From assembly GCF_009914755.1 (NCBI RefSeq), contig NC_060927.1: a stretch of 64,000 bases of DNA. One strand, given 5' to 3'. How positions within the stretch are numbered: position 1 is the first letter of the stretch; every line of letters begins with the position of its first letter. Of the stretch, positions 49,817-63,342 are shown one piece after another. Both the position numbers and the translations under genes were made by a program. The notes under the pieces are model-generated. The model ran no database searches, was not told the DNA's origin, and saw nothing but the letters and a program-made list of their open reading frames with translations. Source of the stretch: the human T2T-CHM13v2.0 reference genome, Homo sapiens.

Positions 49817-50230
49817 TGTGATGGCTTTTTGATGTGTCAACATTTTGAGGCAGTCATTCCACAGTTAGTCAAACAAACACTAATCCAAGTGCCGCAGCAA
49901 AGGAATTTTAAAGAGGTGTTAAAGTTCCTAATTGGTTGTCTTTAAATCTGTAATCTGCCACCTTGATTTAATCAGCTGGATGTCCTTAAAAGCAGGTTTA
50001 AGACTTCTGAGAGAAAGGGTCAGAGAGAGAAGATATTCTGCCTGTGGGCAACAGCTCCCGCCTCCTCATGATCTTCCCTTGCTGACTGTCACTCAACTCC
50101 TTCAGTGCAAGTCAGACTTGTTTAGCCAGCTCCCACAAAGATGTAAGACAATTATTCGAAATCTCCACCTCTCTCCATTTATTCAGTCATTCACTTTCTG
50201 CTTCTCAAGTTGAACCCTGACTGATATACA
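49817..50230 (+). mobile_element. MLT2-type ERVL solo LTR
   Basis: tgtgatggct...tgtgtcaac start and gaaccctgactgata end. Confidence 0.75.
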
Positions 50231-50516
50231 AAGGATAGCATTTAGAAGTTGTCAGAAAAGTGCACAGAACCAAATTATGCTGGGCCCTACACTCTGCATT
50301 AACAAGAAGAGATTTTTCAAGTGCAATTGGATATGAACGGTCATATTATCCGAGGGCTTATCTAAGCAGTTGCTTAAGAAATACTAACTTCTGCGCACTA
50401 AACTAAAAAAATAAAATGGCATTACAGTGTTGGTGGGTTTAAAGAGAAACTGGAACCATTGTAGCTCTGGGAAATATATCCCAGGGAAATAATTGAAATG
50501 GAGGAAAATACATATC

Positions 50517-51113
50517 TGCATTAATTTTCTGCCACTGTGTAACAAATTACTACAAACTTAGCAGCTTCAAATATAACACACATTTATAACAACCATTTAG
50601 TAGATCAGAAGTCTGGTATGATGTGACTGGGTTCTCTGCCCAGGAAATTACAAGGCTGAAATTAAGATGTCACCAGGTTAAGTTATTGTCTGATGGATAC
50701 TGGGGGGCAATCTGCCTCCAGGTTCACATGATGGTGGCAGAATTCAGTTCCTTGTGGTTGCAGGACTGAAGACTTGTTTTCTTGCTGGCTATCAGCTGGG
50801 AGCCACTCTCAGCTCCTAGAGGCCACCCACATTCCTTACCGTGTGATCCTTTCCATCTTCAACAGAGAATCTCCCTCACACTGAATCTCTGTCATGCTTT
50901 GAATCTTTCTGATTTCTGGGACCCAGATTCAAAGGGCTCATGTGATTAAGTCAGATTCATCCATATTATCTTCTTTAAGACAATAGTGCCATGTAACATA
51001 ACCTAATCATGGATGTGAAATCCATTCTGTTCACAGTACTGGGAGTTAAAAAGGGTATAAACACCAGAGACTGGGAAAGTCTTGAGGGCCATCTTAAAAT
51101 TCTACCCACCATA
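50517..51113 (-). mobile_element. MLT1D/E-type MaLR LTR
   Basis: gtgtaacaaattactacaaacttagcagctt...ggccatcttaaaattctacccaccata. Confidence 0.85.
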
Positions 51114-51116
51114 ATA

Positions 51117-51168
<52 letters not shown>
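51117..51168 (+). repeat. (CTAT)n tetranucleotide STR, ~13 units
   Basis: Directly visible. Confidence 0.97.
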
Positions 51169-52453
51169 TTATTCTAATCTAGATAGGTGTATAGATGGCT
51201 AGGCACACAGAGTGCTTATTCCTGCACTATATGCATTTGAATATGTAACTACTGAACAAAAAACCAAATTCCGATCTAGGCCAGATAGCCGTTAGTATGT
51301 TAGATAATGGGATATCGTCATTATGTTAAAACACGTTTCTCTATGTTTCTGTGATGTCCTCACCCACTTGCCACCTCTAATGGCAATGTAGGTGGGAAAA
51401 CGCAATATGGAATGGTGCATATGCGGTGATAATAGGAATTACAAAATCAAAAAAGTATTAGAAGTCTATAAGGATCAGAATGAGAATGGGGAAGGCAGAG
51501 AGTTTTTTTTTTGTTGTTATTGTCATAGTCATTGTAAGGTGCGGGGAGAACAAAGAATGAGCCAATGTGTTAAGATAAACAAATGGGTTTCTATTGCCTT
51601 TACCCTTTTGGGGTTTCTGCCCACACTAGACAAAATTTTCAAAATATTTGGACAGAAGTAGAATGAATTTGGCAAACATATGGTGCCAGTTGAATCCAGA
51701 CTCCCTGATCATTTTAAGGCTGTGCAAAGCTGGCTTGCAGGGGCAGGGTGGCTGGGGGAGATGAATTAAATAACGAGGATGGAGGAAGGAGCTCCAGCTG
51801 CCTCTTAAGGAGTTGAGTGACTCACTTCTAAAAGGTTCCTCCTGCAAGTACTCCTCATCTGAGTCACTAATTAGGAGACAGCTGGAGTAACTATAAAGTC
51901 CTTCCTTTCTCTCTGGAGCCTGCTGTCCAAACCCCTTTCCCCTCTGGTTGCCAGGCCCAAGTCCTTGTTGCTGACTGATCTCTCCAGGCTCTGGACAACT
52001 TGCCTTCACACTTGAGGTGGCACACTTCATTTTGCTTGCTTTACCAACCAGACGTCTCCTGGCAGGCCTGGTGTGGAGAGGATGAGTGGGGATTGAGGCC
52101 TGCCGTTTGTCTTCACACTTCAGAGGGCTGAGTAAATGAGTTTTTCTTCCCAACAGTAAAAGCACTGACACAAAGGGACCACGTTTATTTAAGCTTATTA
52201 ATTCGCACATCCATCTTCTTGGTGGATTCATGTCCTAAATTTGGCCAGAAATCACAGAATAGACTAAACTTTTTAGGAAGCCCAAAAATTGCTTTCAAAT
52301 GGTACAAGCTAGGTCAGAAACCAAGGATTCATGGTGTATAGTCCCTATAGCAACCTCTCAGTTCCTGCCCCCACCATTTCCTAAATCATCCTTTAATGTT
52401 CTTTTTTTCCATTTCATAAGAATGCTTTCAAGCTTTAAAAAAATCTCTCCCTT

Positions 52454-52731
<278 letters not shown>

Positions 52732-54206
52732 AAAATATATATATATATATAAAATATATAATATATTATATAAAATAAATATATAAAATATATAATATAT
52801 TATATAAAATAAATATATATAATATATAATATATTATATAAAATAAATATATAAAATATATAATATATTATATAAAATAAATATATATAATATATAATAT
52901 ATTATATAAAATAAATATATATGATATATAATATATAAAATAAATATATATGATATATAATATATTATATAAAATAAATATATATGATATATGATATATT
53001 ATATAAAATAAATATATATGATATATTATATAAAATAAATATATATGATATATTATATAAAATAAATATATATGATATATTATATAAAATAAATATATAT
53101 GATATATTATATAAAATAAATATATAATATATATAAACATATATTATATATAATATATATAAACATATATTATATATAATATATAATATATATTATATAT
53201 TATATTATATATAATATATATTATATATTATATTATATATAATATATATTATATATTATATAATATATATTATATATTATATTATATATAATATATATTA
53301 TATATTATATATTATATATTATATATATTATATATAATATAATATATAATATATATTATATTATATATATTATATATTATATATTATATATTATATATAA
53401 TATATAATATATAATATAATATATAATATAATATATATTATATATTATATATAATATATAATATATATTATATAATATATATATAATATATAATATATAT
53501 TATATATTATATATATAATATATAATATATATTATATATTATATATATAATATATATTATATATTATATATATATTATATAATATATATTATATATTATA
53601 TATATATTATATAATATATATTATATATTATATATAATATATATTATATATTATATAATATTTATATAATATTTAAATATATTTAAATATATTATATATT
53701 ATATATTCATATATAATATATATATTATATATAATAATATATATATTATATTAAATTATATAATGTATATTATATATATTATGTATTATATAATATATAA
53801 TATATATTAAATATATATAAATATATATTATATATAATATATTATATTTATATATAAATATATTATATATAATATATTCTATTATATATAAGTATATAAT
53901 ATATTCTATTATATATAAGTATATAATATATTCTATTATATATAAGTATATAATATATTCTATTATATATAAGTATATAATATATTCTATTATATATAAG
54001 TATATAATATATTCTATTATATATAAGTATATAATATATTCTATTATATATAAGTATATAATATATTCTATTATATATAAGTATATAATATATTCTATTA
54101 TATATAAGTATATAATATATTCTATTATATATAAGTATATAATATAATATATATTTATATATAAATATATAAATAAATATAAATATATATAAATATATGT
54201 ATATAT
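52732..54206. repeat. ~1.5 kb AT-rich compound minisatellite
   Basis: Almost only A/T; includes atatatgatatattatataaaataaat-type units and ten 27-bp units with C at 53879, 53906 ... 54122. Confidence 0.97.
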
Positions 54207-54769
54207 AAAATCTCTCTCTTTTCTAACATGTCAGTGAGGGCTCAGAAGAGCAAAATAAATTTTCCCATTTGACTTCTAAAATCCTTGGGACAAATGTGGG
54301 TGGGGTGAGGATATCAGGATGCAGTTGAAAAGCAGAGGTTTTGTTTTATTTTGTTTTGTTTGGGTATTTTTGCCACTCCAGGGTCCTGTCACTAAATTTT
54401 AATCATTGCAGCCCTGCTCCTGTTCACAAATGCAGGTAGTAAATTTAGGTCTACCACAACTGAGTTGTTTTATTCAAAAGCTTCCTGAAATCTTCACTAA
54501 TCTTCACAGTAAATGTATGAGGTAAATGTAATTTCTCCAAACCTCAGATGCCACAGGTTGGTGACTTTTTCAGATGAGAAGCAAGTCAGTAGAAAGACCA
54601 GGATATAATTAGTGAAAACAATTCCATGAAATCCGAAGACCTATGACAAAAGAAGACAAATATTTGCTAGAAAAGAAGAAAGGAAAACATGCAAAGAATG
54701 TTGAAAATGCAAAATTGCAAAGGCTTCTTTCCATTTGTCCAAAATAAAAAGAAAAAAAAAGAATATGTC

Positions 54770-55325
54770 TTTATTACAGCCAATTTGGAAAAAGTTTGGC
54801 AGTTTCTTTAAATGTTAAACATACCTTTACCATACAACCCCAACAATCCTGGGTATTTACCCCAGAGAAACAAAAGCATATGTCCATACACTCGTATATG
54901 AATGTTTTCAGCAGTTTTGTTGGTTAGGGCCACAAACTGGAAACAGTCTAAGTGTCCACCAATAGATGAATTGATAAGCAATGTGCAGTACAAACATACA
55001 ATTGAATGATGCTCAGCAATAAAAAAAGATGAACTATTGATACAAACAACCATTTAGACAAATTAAAAAATAATTAATGCTGAATAAGAGAAGACAGACA
55101 AAAAGTATAAACTGTATATCATGTATATAAAATACAAACTAACCTATCCTGAAAGAAAGCAGGTCAAATGCTGCTGCGGTTTGAGGTATGGACTACCGAG
55201 GGGTGTGAGGAAACTTTGGGGATGGTATTCTTGATTGTGATGATTGTTTCATGAATGTCATCAAATTGTGCATCTTAAATGTATACACTTTGCAGTCAGT
55301 TATATCTCAAAAAAGCTATAAAAAT
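54770..55325 (+). mobile_element. L1MC/ME-type 3' end
   Basis: ttggaaaaagtttggcagtttctt...aactggaaacagtctaagtgtcc...tatatctcaaaaaagct. Confidence 0.8.
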
Positions 55326-56439
55326 ACGCAGCAATGATTCTTTCCTTGTATGTAGTATGAAAAACAAGAATATGCCTGTGTGCCCAAGACCTGTGAGATA
55401 ATTTAAAAGTTTGTAATAAAAATGACATAGTGCTCTTTTCATTTGAATGTTTCACACTGGTTATAAAGGCCAGGAGATAGGAAAAATAATTTCTATTGTT
55501 CATTCTCTTGAAATACATAATTACCTTATTGGATGTTATTGAACTTGAGATAAGTTTTATGGCTTTATTTGCAATGATTTCCCACTGATGATGTGTTATA
55601 CAGTAGGGTGTACCTTTCTATTCCTACTACAGGTATTCCCGATTTAGTCCATGGGACAGGATCTGTCAATACCCCTACCACTCAGGAAGAGTTGGGGAAA
55701 AACTTCTGTCCTTCCCTCTTCCATGGCACAAGTAACTTATCTGATGGATGATATTAAAAAAAGTGGTTCTCTCTCTAGCTGACCTGCATGGAACAGGCCA
55801 TTTTCTTCCCTTCATTCCTCCTTCTAGGTGATAAGTACACCTGAGTTGGGTCCCTTGTTCATCTGGCTTGATAGGGCTTGAGGCACTCTCAGATCTCTCA
55901 TCCATGTGACTGGAGGAGTCTCATCTGTAGACAGAAATCTCCTTGTTGTATGAAGCCAAGTCTATATTCGAGGTGTGGTGGAAAGAGGTCATTGAAAGCT
56001 GAGTTTGGCCTCAGGTCCGAGTCACATTCTACAACCCAGCTAACAATAAAGTAGGTACTATGATTCAACTCCAACCTGTAAATTGGTTTAGAATCCATAG
56101 AGGAGGAAGATGTAATTAAATAGATGATGAATCATTGTAAGTAGTGCTGATATCGCAGTAATATTCCACATGGAATGGAATGATAGGTGTGTTGCCATGT
56201 TCCCAACTGGAGGAAAAATCTTTCTACAAATATCATAAAAAGTAAAGAAAACACAAGGTGAAATTTCTGCCACATTACTAAGTTAAGCAGAGTTTCTTCC
56301 CCTTGTCTGGCATCTTGATATTACAATTATGAGAAGTATTACATCTTTAAATCAATAGATTCGAGAAAAAGATTAATCACACCTTTAAGCTAAGAATGTT
56401 GATTGATGGATGCAATACAATTTTGATATGTGGAGGTAA

Positions 56440-56732
<293 letters not shown>

Positions 56733-57194
56733 GATGTGGAGGTAATTTTTGTCTTTCAGTTGATAAACTAAGAATGATTTAGAAGAAGAAGTAGAAGATT
56801 TAGGGAAGTATAATTACATAACATTTAAATGATTAAACCACTTTTAGATTATTTTTTCTGAATTCTTTATGATTCCAGTCCTGAAGTCTAAAAGCAAAAG
56901 GGACATATTTAAAACCACTCAGAGATCCTTTTCACTTTACCACACATGTCTCCATCAATTTATAAACTTGTGGTTGAGGAAGGGTTGGAGAATACTTCCA
57001 CATGTGGAGCTGAGAACAGAGGTGTTCTCTCTAATGTGAACACATGCACTGTATTCCCTCTGGGCTCAGATCTAAGGGCATGCCCTTGACATCTCCAGCT
57101 CCCGCTCAGTGTCTCAGAACTGCAGTCCAGGGAAAATCAGAGTCCCCTGGGTACCACTCGGGAGACTTGCATTTACTATTTTTAATGTAACCCT

Positions 57195-57295
57195 CTAATA
57201 GTAGTGATAGTAACAACTACTTTATGTAGTGCTTATCATGTGCCAGGCATAGCCTAAGTGCTTTACATGCATTATTTTATTTAAATCTCACGTCA
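57195..57295 (-). mobile_element. MIR fragment
   Basis: tagtgcttatcatgtgccaggcatagcctaagtgctttacatgcatta...aatctcac. Confidence 0.7.
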
Positions 57296-58914
57296 TGTTA
57301 ATGGAAAATCTGGAACAAATCTTCATTCACTAGAGATCTCCATTCCACACGATTTCACTTCTAAAGTCTTGTGATCACTTTCTATAACTTTCCAGAAAAT
57401 AATTTGTATATTGATTTTCTTTTTTAAAAACATGGCTTTTAAGGATGGTCCAAACTGTGGGCCATGTGTTCAAGGCAAATGAACATGAGAGAGAGAACAC
57501 ACACACACACACTGATTAAAATGATACCCAAATAAATTACCCTTAGTAGCAAATAAGAACTGTCATGATGGGCACTCAGAGTGCAGAAAAGATAGGTAGA
57601 TGGCCTCATAGAGTGATATAGGCACTCTCTTACCATTATTTCTTCATGTCATCCTATACTAAGTTGAGGCACTAAGAGACTAAAGTATGCTACCCAGTGG
57701 GGCAACTTTGAGAACCATTACCACCATGTACTTTCTGTAGTGTTCTTGTCTTTGTCACTGAGCCTAGAATTTCCACAAGAGGTCCCCCCTCTCCCACTAA
57801 CCTCACTGAGTCTCCATCACTCTTTCTTTTCCTCCTCCTTCCTTCCATTCTCCTCATCTCCCTCTAACCATCTTTATTTTTAAGCTAGTTGCTCCAATGC
57901 CTCTGTTAGTTTTAAAAAATAGGGAGTTAAGGAGGGCTCTCCAGTTGCAGGGGGGAAAAGCTCCAAATTCTTGGGTTGGACAGGAGGTGGCATCAAAATG
58001 GTTTAGAATGCAATAGTCTTTGCTTCATTTACTTTCAGCTCATGCTGAACTAGCCGTCTAGTAAAGCTGTCTGCTGTACTACAGAAAAAAGCCCTGAAAG
58101 TTGATGGGACTGTCTGAAAAACAACAGAATAACAGACACTCCATGAATAAAATGAGGGTAAATAAAGTGACTTATCCAAGCTAGAGATAGCTGGAGCCAA
58201 AGAAGAGTTGAACCACACAGTTTTTGTTTTCATGGAAACATTTATTGCTGCAAAATGAGAGGCTGGAGAAGATCTCTGATACATCAATCATCAGCATGAG
58301 GCCACCATAGTAACTAATGAGGCTAGAATTCACATGTCCAATCCCAGAGATCTGGTGGGAGGGTCAAGACCTGCTCAGGAGAGCCAAACATGGGTGCAAA
58401 AGCCAGTATTGTATTTGCTTCTAAAATGCTTTTTGAGCAGCTAAGACTTTAAGTTCAGCAAGGTCTCATGATATTTATGGTAGAACAATGATAATGTGAC
58501 TAGAATCAAAGAAGCCCACCATGCAGGCACATATTCTGGCATCTTTCTATCTTTATCAACACTACTTACTGTTATGCATATTTGAAGAAGGGTAGGGTAC
58601 CTTTTGTGAGACTCTGCGCAAAACTGCGGAGGAGACACCTCACACCCTGCTGTCTCTTCCCATGATCTCTCCTATCCTTCAGTACCTCATCTTTTATTCT
58701 CTTTAGCATGAATGAATTACAGAGGAGGCTCACTTCTGTGACGGCTATGATTCAAGATTTGGTATTTGCAATGGAGAAGCAGTTACAATGGAGGAATATA
58801 TTGGCTTCCAGTCATTCTGTTTCAAAACATTGACCATTTTCTTCTGCTAGCTACTAAGGATTCTTGAGTTGTGAAATATGAGCAAGAATTACCTCTCCTC
58901 CCTCTGACTCAGGA

Positions 58915-58990
58915 TAAGAACCTGAAAACCTGCATTTCTCATAAATTCCTGTAGCTAACTTTTATGCAAATTAAAGTTTGATAACCACTC
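58915..58990. mobile_element. MER5-type (hAT-Charlie) terminal fragment
   Basis: cctgaaaacctgcatttctcataaattcc...aaagtttgataaccact. Confidence 0.55.
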
Positions 58991-60255
58991 TGGTACAGAG
59001 GCTGTTATGGATGGAAGCTTATGTAGGAGAATCTATTGAGAAGGATAAGGGAATGCTATTGGTTTGTGTGGGCCAAGATGGTTTGGCAGGCTGGGAGCCC
59101 TTTTAAGAATTGAGAAAGTTAATGAGGCAACTCTTGGTGGCTCCTCCAGTACATTCCTGCCCCAGCACTTTCCTGCTCCTTTTCCCTTCCCCAGCCTTAG
59201 TTCTGGACCGCCATATACTGGGCTGACTGCAGTGCATGTCTGTTGCTGTCCTGATGTTACCCTCTTTCCCCCGGACACAGAGATGCTGAAGTGAGCTGGT
59301 TCATAGCCCTTTGAGAGGAGCATCGATGATACGTTTGCATTAACATCTGTCCATTTGTCTCCAGATACAGTCTGGGTGGCCTCATTTAAGTAGATGCTGC
59401 ACACTTGTGGCCTCCTAATTATGTTCTGCACCTGTGTGTAGTCTTTGCAGCTGCTCTGGAGACTCCGGGGTCCCCACCAGGCCCTCACAGGTTCCCAGCC
59501 CATCTGTCAGCCTCTCCATCCATTTGCTGACATGTGACTCAGCTGCAGACAGAGCACAGGGGTCAGGCCTCCAGCTGCCTTTACCTGCTCCATCATTATA
59601 GCCAGAAACGGGGAATGAGTCTTGGGGAATGTGCTTCTGCCTGGCTTTGCTGAGGCTCATGGAGGCCACCCACCTGGGAATCTTGAGACCTTTTCCTTGG
59701 GAAGAAGAGAGGGGACAGCAAAGAGAGCTGGTGAGCTCCTTATAACTGAGTAATAAATGAAAGCCCTGGGGTATGGCTCCTCGGGCCAGAGACAATGAGA
59801 GCTCAGACCAGACTTGGTAGTTTTGGCAAAGGAGACATTAACATTTGTTTCAAGGCTGTTTCTTGTCTTTACTTTGTATCACCTCCTTTAAGCTGAAGTG
59901 GGGAATGGTTTTCATCTTGAGACAGTCCCTTGGAGCACATCCTGCACTGGCTGGCATCCTACTGGGCGCGTTTCTTTTCCTGGAAGTAATAACTGTGTGA
60001 TAACCCTTTAGAGATCAGGGGGACATGCTATTTGAGTATGATCATTTCCAAGACCTTAGACCCAAAGAGATGTGTCTCTGAACCCTAATAATAGGATTCA
60101 TGAAAGACTGATAGATGTAGAGAGAAGGGAAGGGGGATAGTAACCCAGGGGACTTAATCTCTGGGTAAGCAGTGAAATAAAAAGTGTTAGGAAATCCTCC
60201 ATTATCAATAGAGTGGGGTTGTATTATCAACCCCTCTCATCAAAGTGTGCTTATC

Positions 60256-60369
60256 TGTCTTGAGTTGAGCTTCCTAGAACAGAGCTTGAGAAAGATTCAA
60301 GGCCATGGGATTGATTTAGGGAGTGCTCTTCAGGAAGAAACCTATAAATGAGGTGGGAAACAGGAGAGG
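60256..60369 (-). mobile_element. ERVL LTR fragment (LTR16-like) split by MST
   Basis: tgtcttgagttgagcttcctagaacagagcttgagaaagattc terminus. Confidence 0.5.
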
Positions 60370-60772
60370 TATATTAGTCTGTTTGTATTACTATAAAGGA
60401 ATACCTGAGGCAGGGTAATTTATAGAGAAAAGAGGTTTAATTGGCTCACAGTTCTGTGGGTATACAGGGGGTGTAGTGCCAACATCTGCTTCTGGTGAGG
60501 CCTCAGGAAGTTTCCAATCATGGCAGAAGGTGAAGGGAGAGCAGGTGCATCACATAGTGAGAACAGTAGCAAGAGAGTGAGGATGGGAGGTCCCAGACTT
60601 TTAAACAACCAGATCTCACATGAACTGAGTGAGGACTCACTCATCACCAAGGGAATGGTACTAAACCATTCATAAGGGATCCACCCCCATGATCCAATCA
60701 CCTCCCACCTCCAATATTGAGAATCACATTTCCACAAGAGATTTGGAAGGGACACACATCCAAACCATGTGA
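60370..60772 (-). mobile_element. MSTB-type MaLR solo LTR
   Basis: tatattagtctgtttg...ctataaaggaatacctgagg...ctggtgaggcctcaggaag...catccaaaccat. Confidence 0.9.
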
Positions 60773-62444
60773 ACAAGGAAGGGAAAAGAGCTGAGGAAGG
60801 CTAAGTGCTCAGCCTGATCCTTGGAAAGGAATACCCTTGTATTCCCCAGGCTTGACTTCACTCTGCCCGACCCATGCTTCAACCCTCACCTTCCTTCAGC
60901 TTGCCAGCTGTACCGAGTGCTGAATGTGGACAGTATCCCTGTCTTCAAGAGCTCTCAGTGGTCATCTATGCATGCAGGCAAGCATCTATGCTAGGGCACA
61001 TGGCGCCATCACTGGGCCACTTCTATACCTTGCACTGGGAAGTGAGTTAGTTCTTGTCAGTTAGTCTCCACTCTACAGCACACCAGTTTATGAAAACATT
61101 TCAAACCTAGTTTTCTAAAGGTTCTGAAATGACATCTCCCCAAATTTTTCTTCTGGATGACAATGGTGGGTTGTTATTTTCCATAAATGGAGATGCCAAC
61201 TTTGTTTTCCTTTCAAAAATCCACTTATATTTGCAGGACAGTTTTGTTCAATTTGATCTTTCTAAAAATAATTAATGTATTGAGGTTTTGGAATTCTAAC
61301 TAAAGGTTAACTTCACCTCAGTTAAGATGATAAAATCAATGTAGATATGCTATGATTGATAATATGAGAATAGAGTTTATTTTATCTTAAAATTAAAGTT
61401 GAAACCTTTAATTAATGTCATCTATTTGTTTAGTGTGTATATTTAAGCATGCATATAAAGGTATATTATAACTAATGAACAAAGAAAGCATATGAATGAT
61501 GAAAAAGATTACTGGTAGCCTAAAATCCATGTTTGGAGTATTCGGTTAGCTCTTAAAAAGGAGTCAGAAGAAGTTCTCTACATTTTGTGTAATCTGCCCA
61601 GAGCACAGAGAGGTTCCTTATCTTCCAAAAAACCTTTCACTTGAAAACCAGATAACTTTGTGTTGATTTTTGTCATGCTCTTGAATTATTTTATAAGGAA
61701 ACGACAAAAGTTTCTTGCTTCTAAAAGGGTTAAAGCTCCCCAGTCACCTGCTATGTTCATTTAAACTATTTTATTGCCACTCTGGTTAATAAGGGAGCCA
61801 AGCTACAAGCATTTTTCGTTCTCAGGCTTCTATGCTTCATTCATAATCAAGGGGCCAATCTCCTCTGACAACTCTTCTTTTTTTTTTTTTTTTCTATTAG
61901 CAGGATGGATGGAAAGGCTCTAGAGATTTGCTAAGGCTTCTCAGCTGCTATAATGTGTTCTTACTTTCAGGATAATTGACCTGATCTGTATAAAATAGTT
62001 ATATATTTTCTTATTCATTAAAGGAAAATGCCATACTTCATTTTGTCTATCTTTTTTGTTACTATAATAAATTTGTCATCAACAGGTGGTTTTCTGTTCT
62101 CACCTTACTTTGTCCGATTGCCTACTATAAGGTATAAGCCAGAAATTGGGTCTTAACAAAGAAGGACAGCTTCAGAGCTTTGGCAAAAAGGACTGCACTG
62201 CATATGGTAATTATTGATACTGCAAGGAATATGCTCACAGCTGCAGGTTTCACAGAGAAGCTAACCTTGCCACTTTAAGCAGAGAGACCTGTCAGACTGT
62301 ACTAGGGGGCATCAGTCAGGACTCTTGCAACCCAGTAGATGACTTAATAAAAGTAGACAGCTGATCCAAGGTCAAACAAAACAAGAATTGGTTATGTAGA
62401 CAGAATGAAAGGGATGAGAGAAATATTATTGTTGGCATTAATGA

Positions 62445-62784
<340 letters not shown>

Positions 62785-63159
62785 TAATGTTTTATTTTTG
62801 AAGGGCATATGAGGAAGCCCTTTTTCTATATTTTGAGAGTATCTTTAACTCTTGATTTATTTAGCTGGCTATAGTTGTGCAAACTGCAATGAAACACTTT
62901 TCCAACGGTGCCTTATTTAAATTGTACCCTCAGAATTCATGAAAGACATTCTGTGAAGAATCTTAATCTAGGTACCTAGTCAATGAATCACCATGGGAAT
63001 GTAGTAGGATAATGGCAATAGTAACTCGGATGCAGGTGAATGTTTTTGCAATGGATTATGCTTAGTTATAATAACTGCCCCATTTTCTTCTCACAGATTA
63101 TTGCTTAATTCTCACATTACATTTGTGTAAGAATTAAAGCAATAATCTGAGAAAATTTT

Positions 63160-63342
63160 CATTTTTTATTTTAATTGACAAATAATTATATTTATGGAGT
63201 ACAATGTGGTGCTTTGATATGTGTATGCATTGTAGAATGATGAAATCAGGCTAATTAGCATATCCATCATCTCATATATTTATCATTTCTTTGTGGTGAG
63301 AATATTGGAAATTCTCTCTTTTAGCTGTTTTGAAATATATAT
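63160..63342 (-). mobile_element. L1MA (6-8-type) 3' end
   Basis: ttaattgacaaataat...aatcaggctaattagcatatccatc...tttgtggtgagaa. Confidence 0.8.

Noticed and set aside
52868-53140. Repetitive Ile/Tyr ORF
   Set aside because: Translation of the AT minisatellite.
59033-59795. 156-aa and 126-aa minus-strand ORFs in unique DNA
   Set aside because: No recognisable domain or exon structure; lengths are compatible with chance in ~50% GC sequence.
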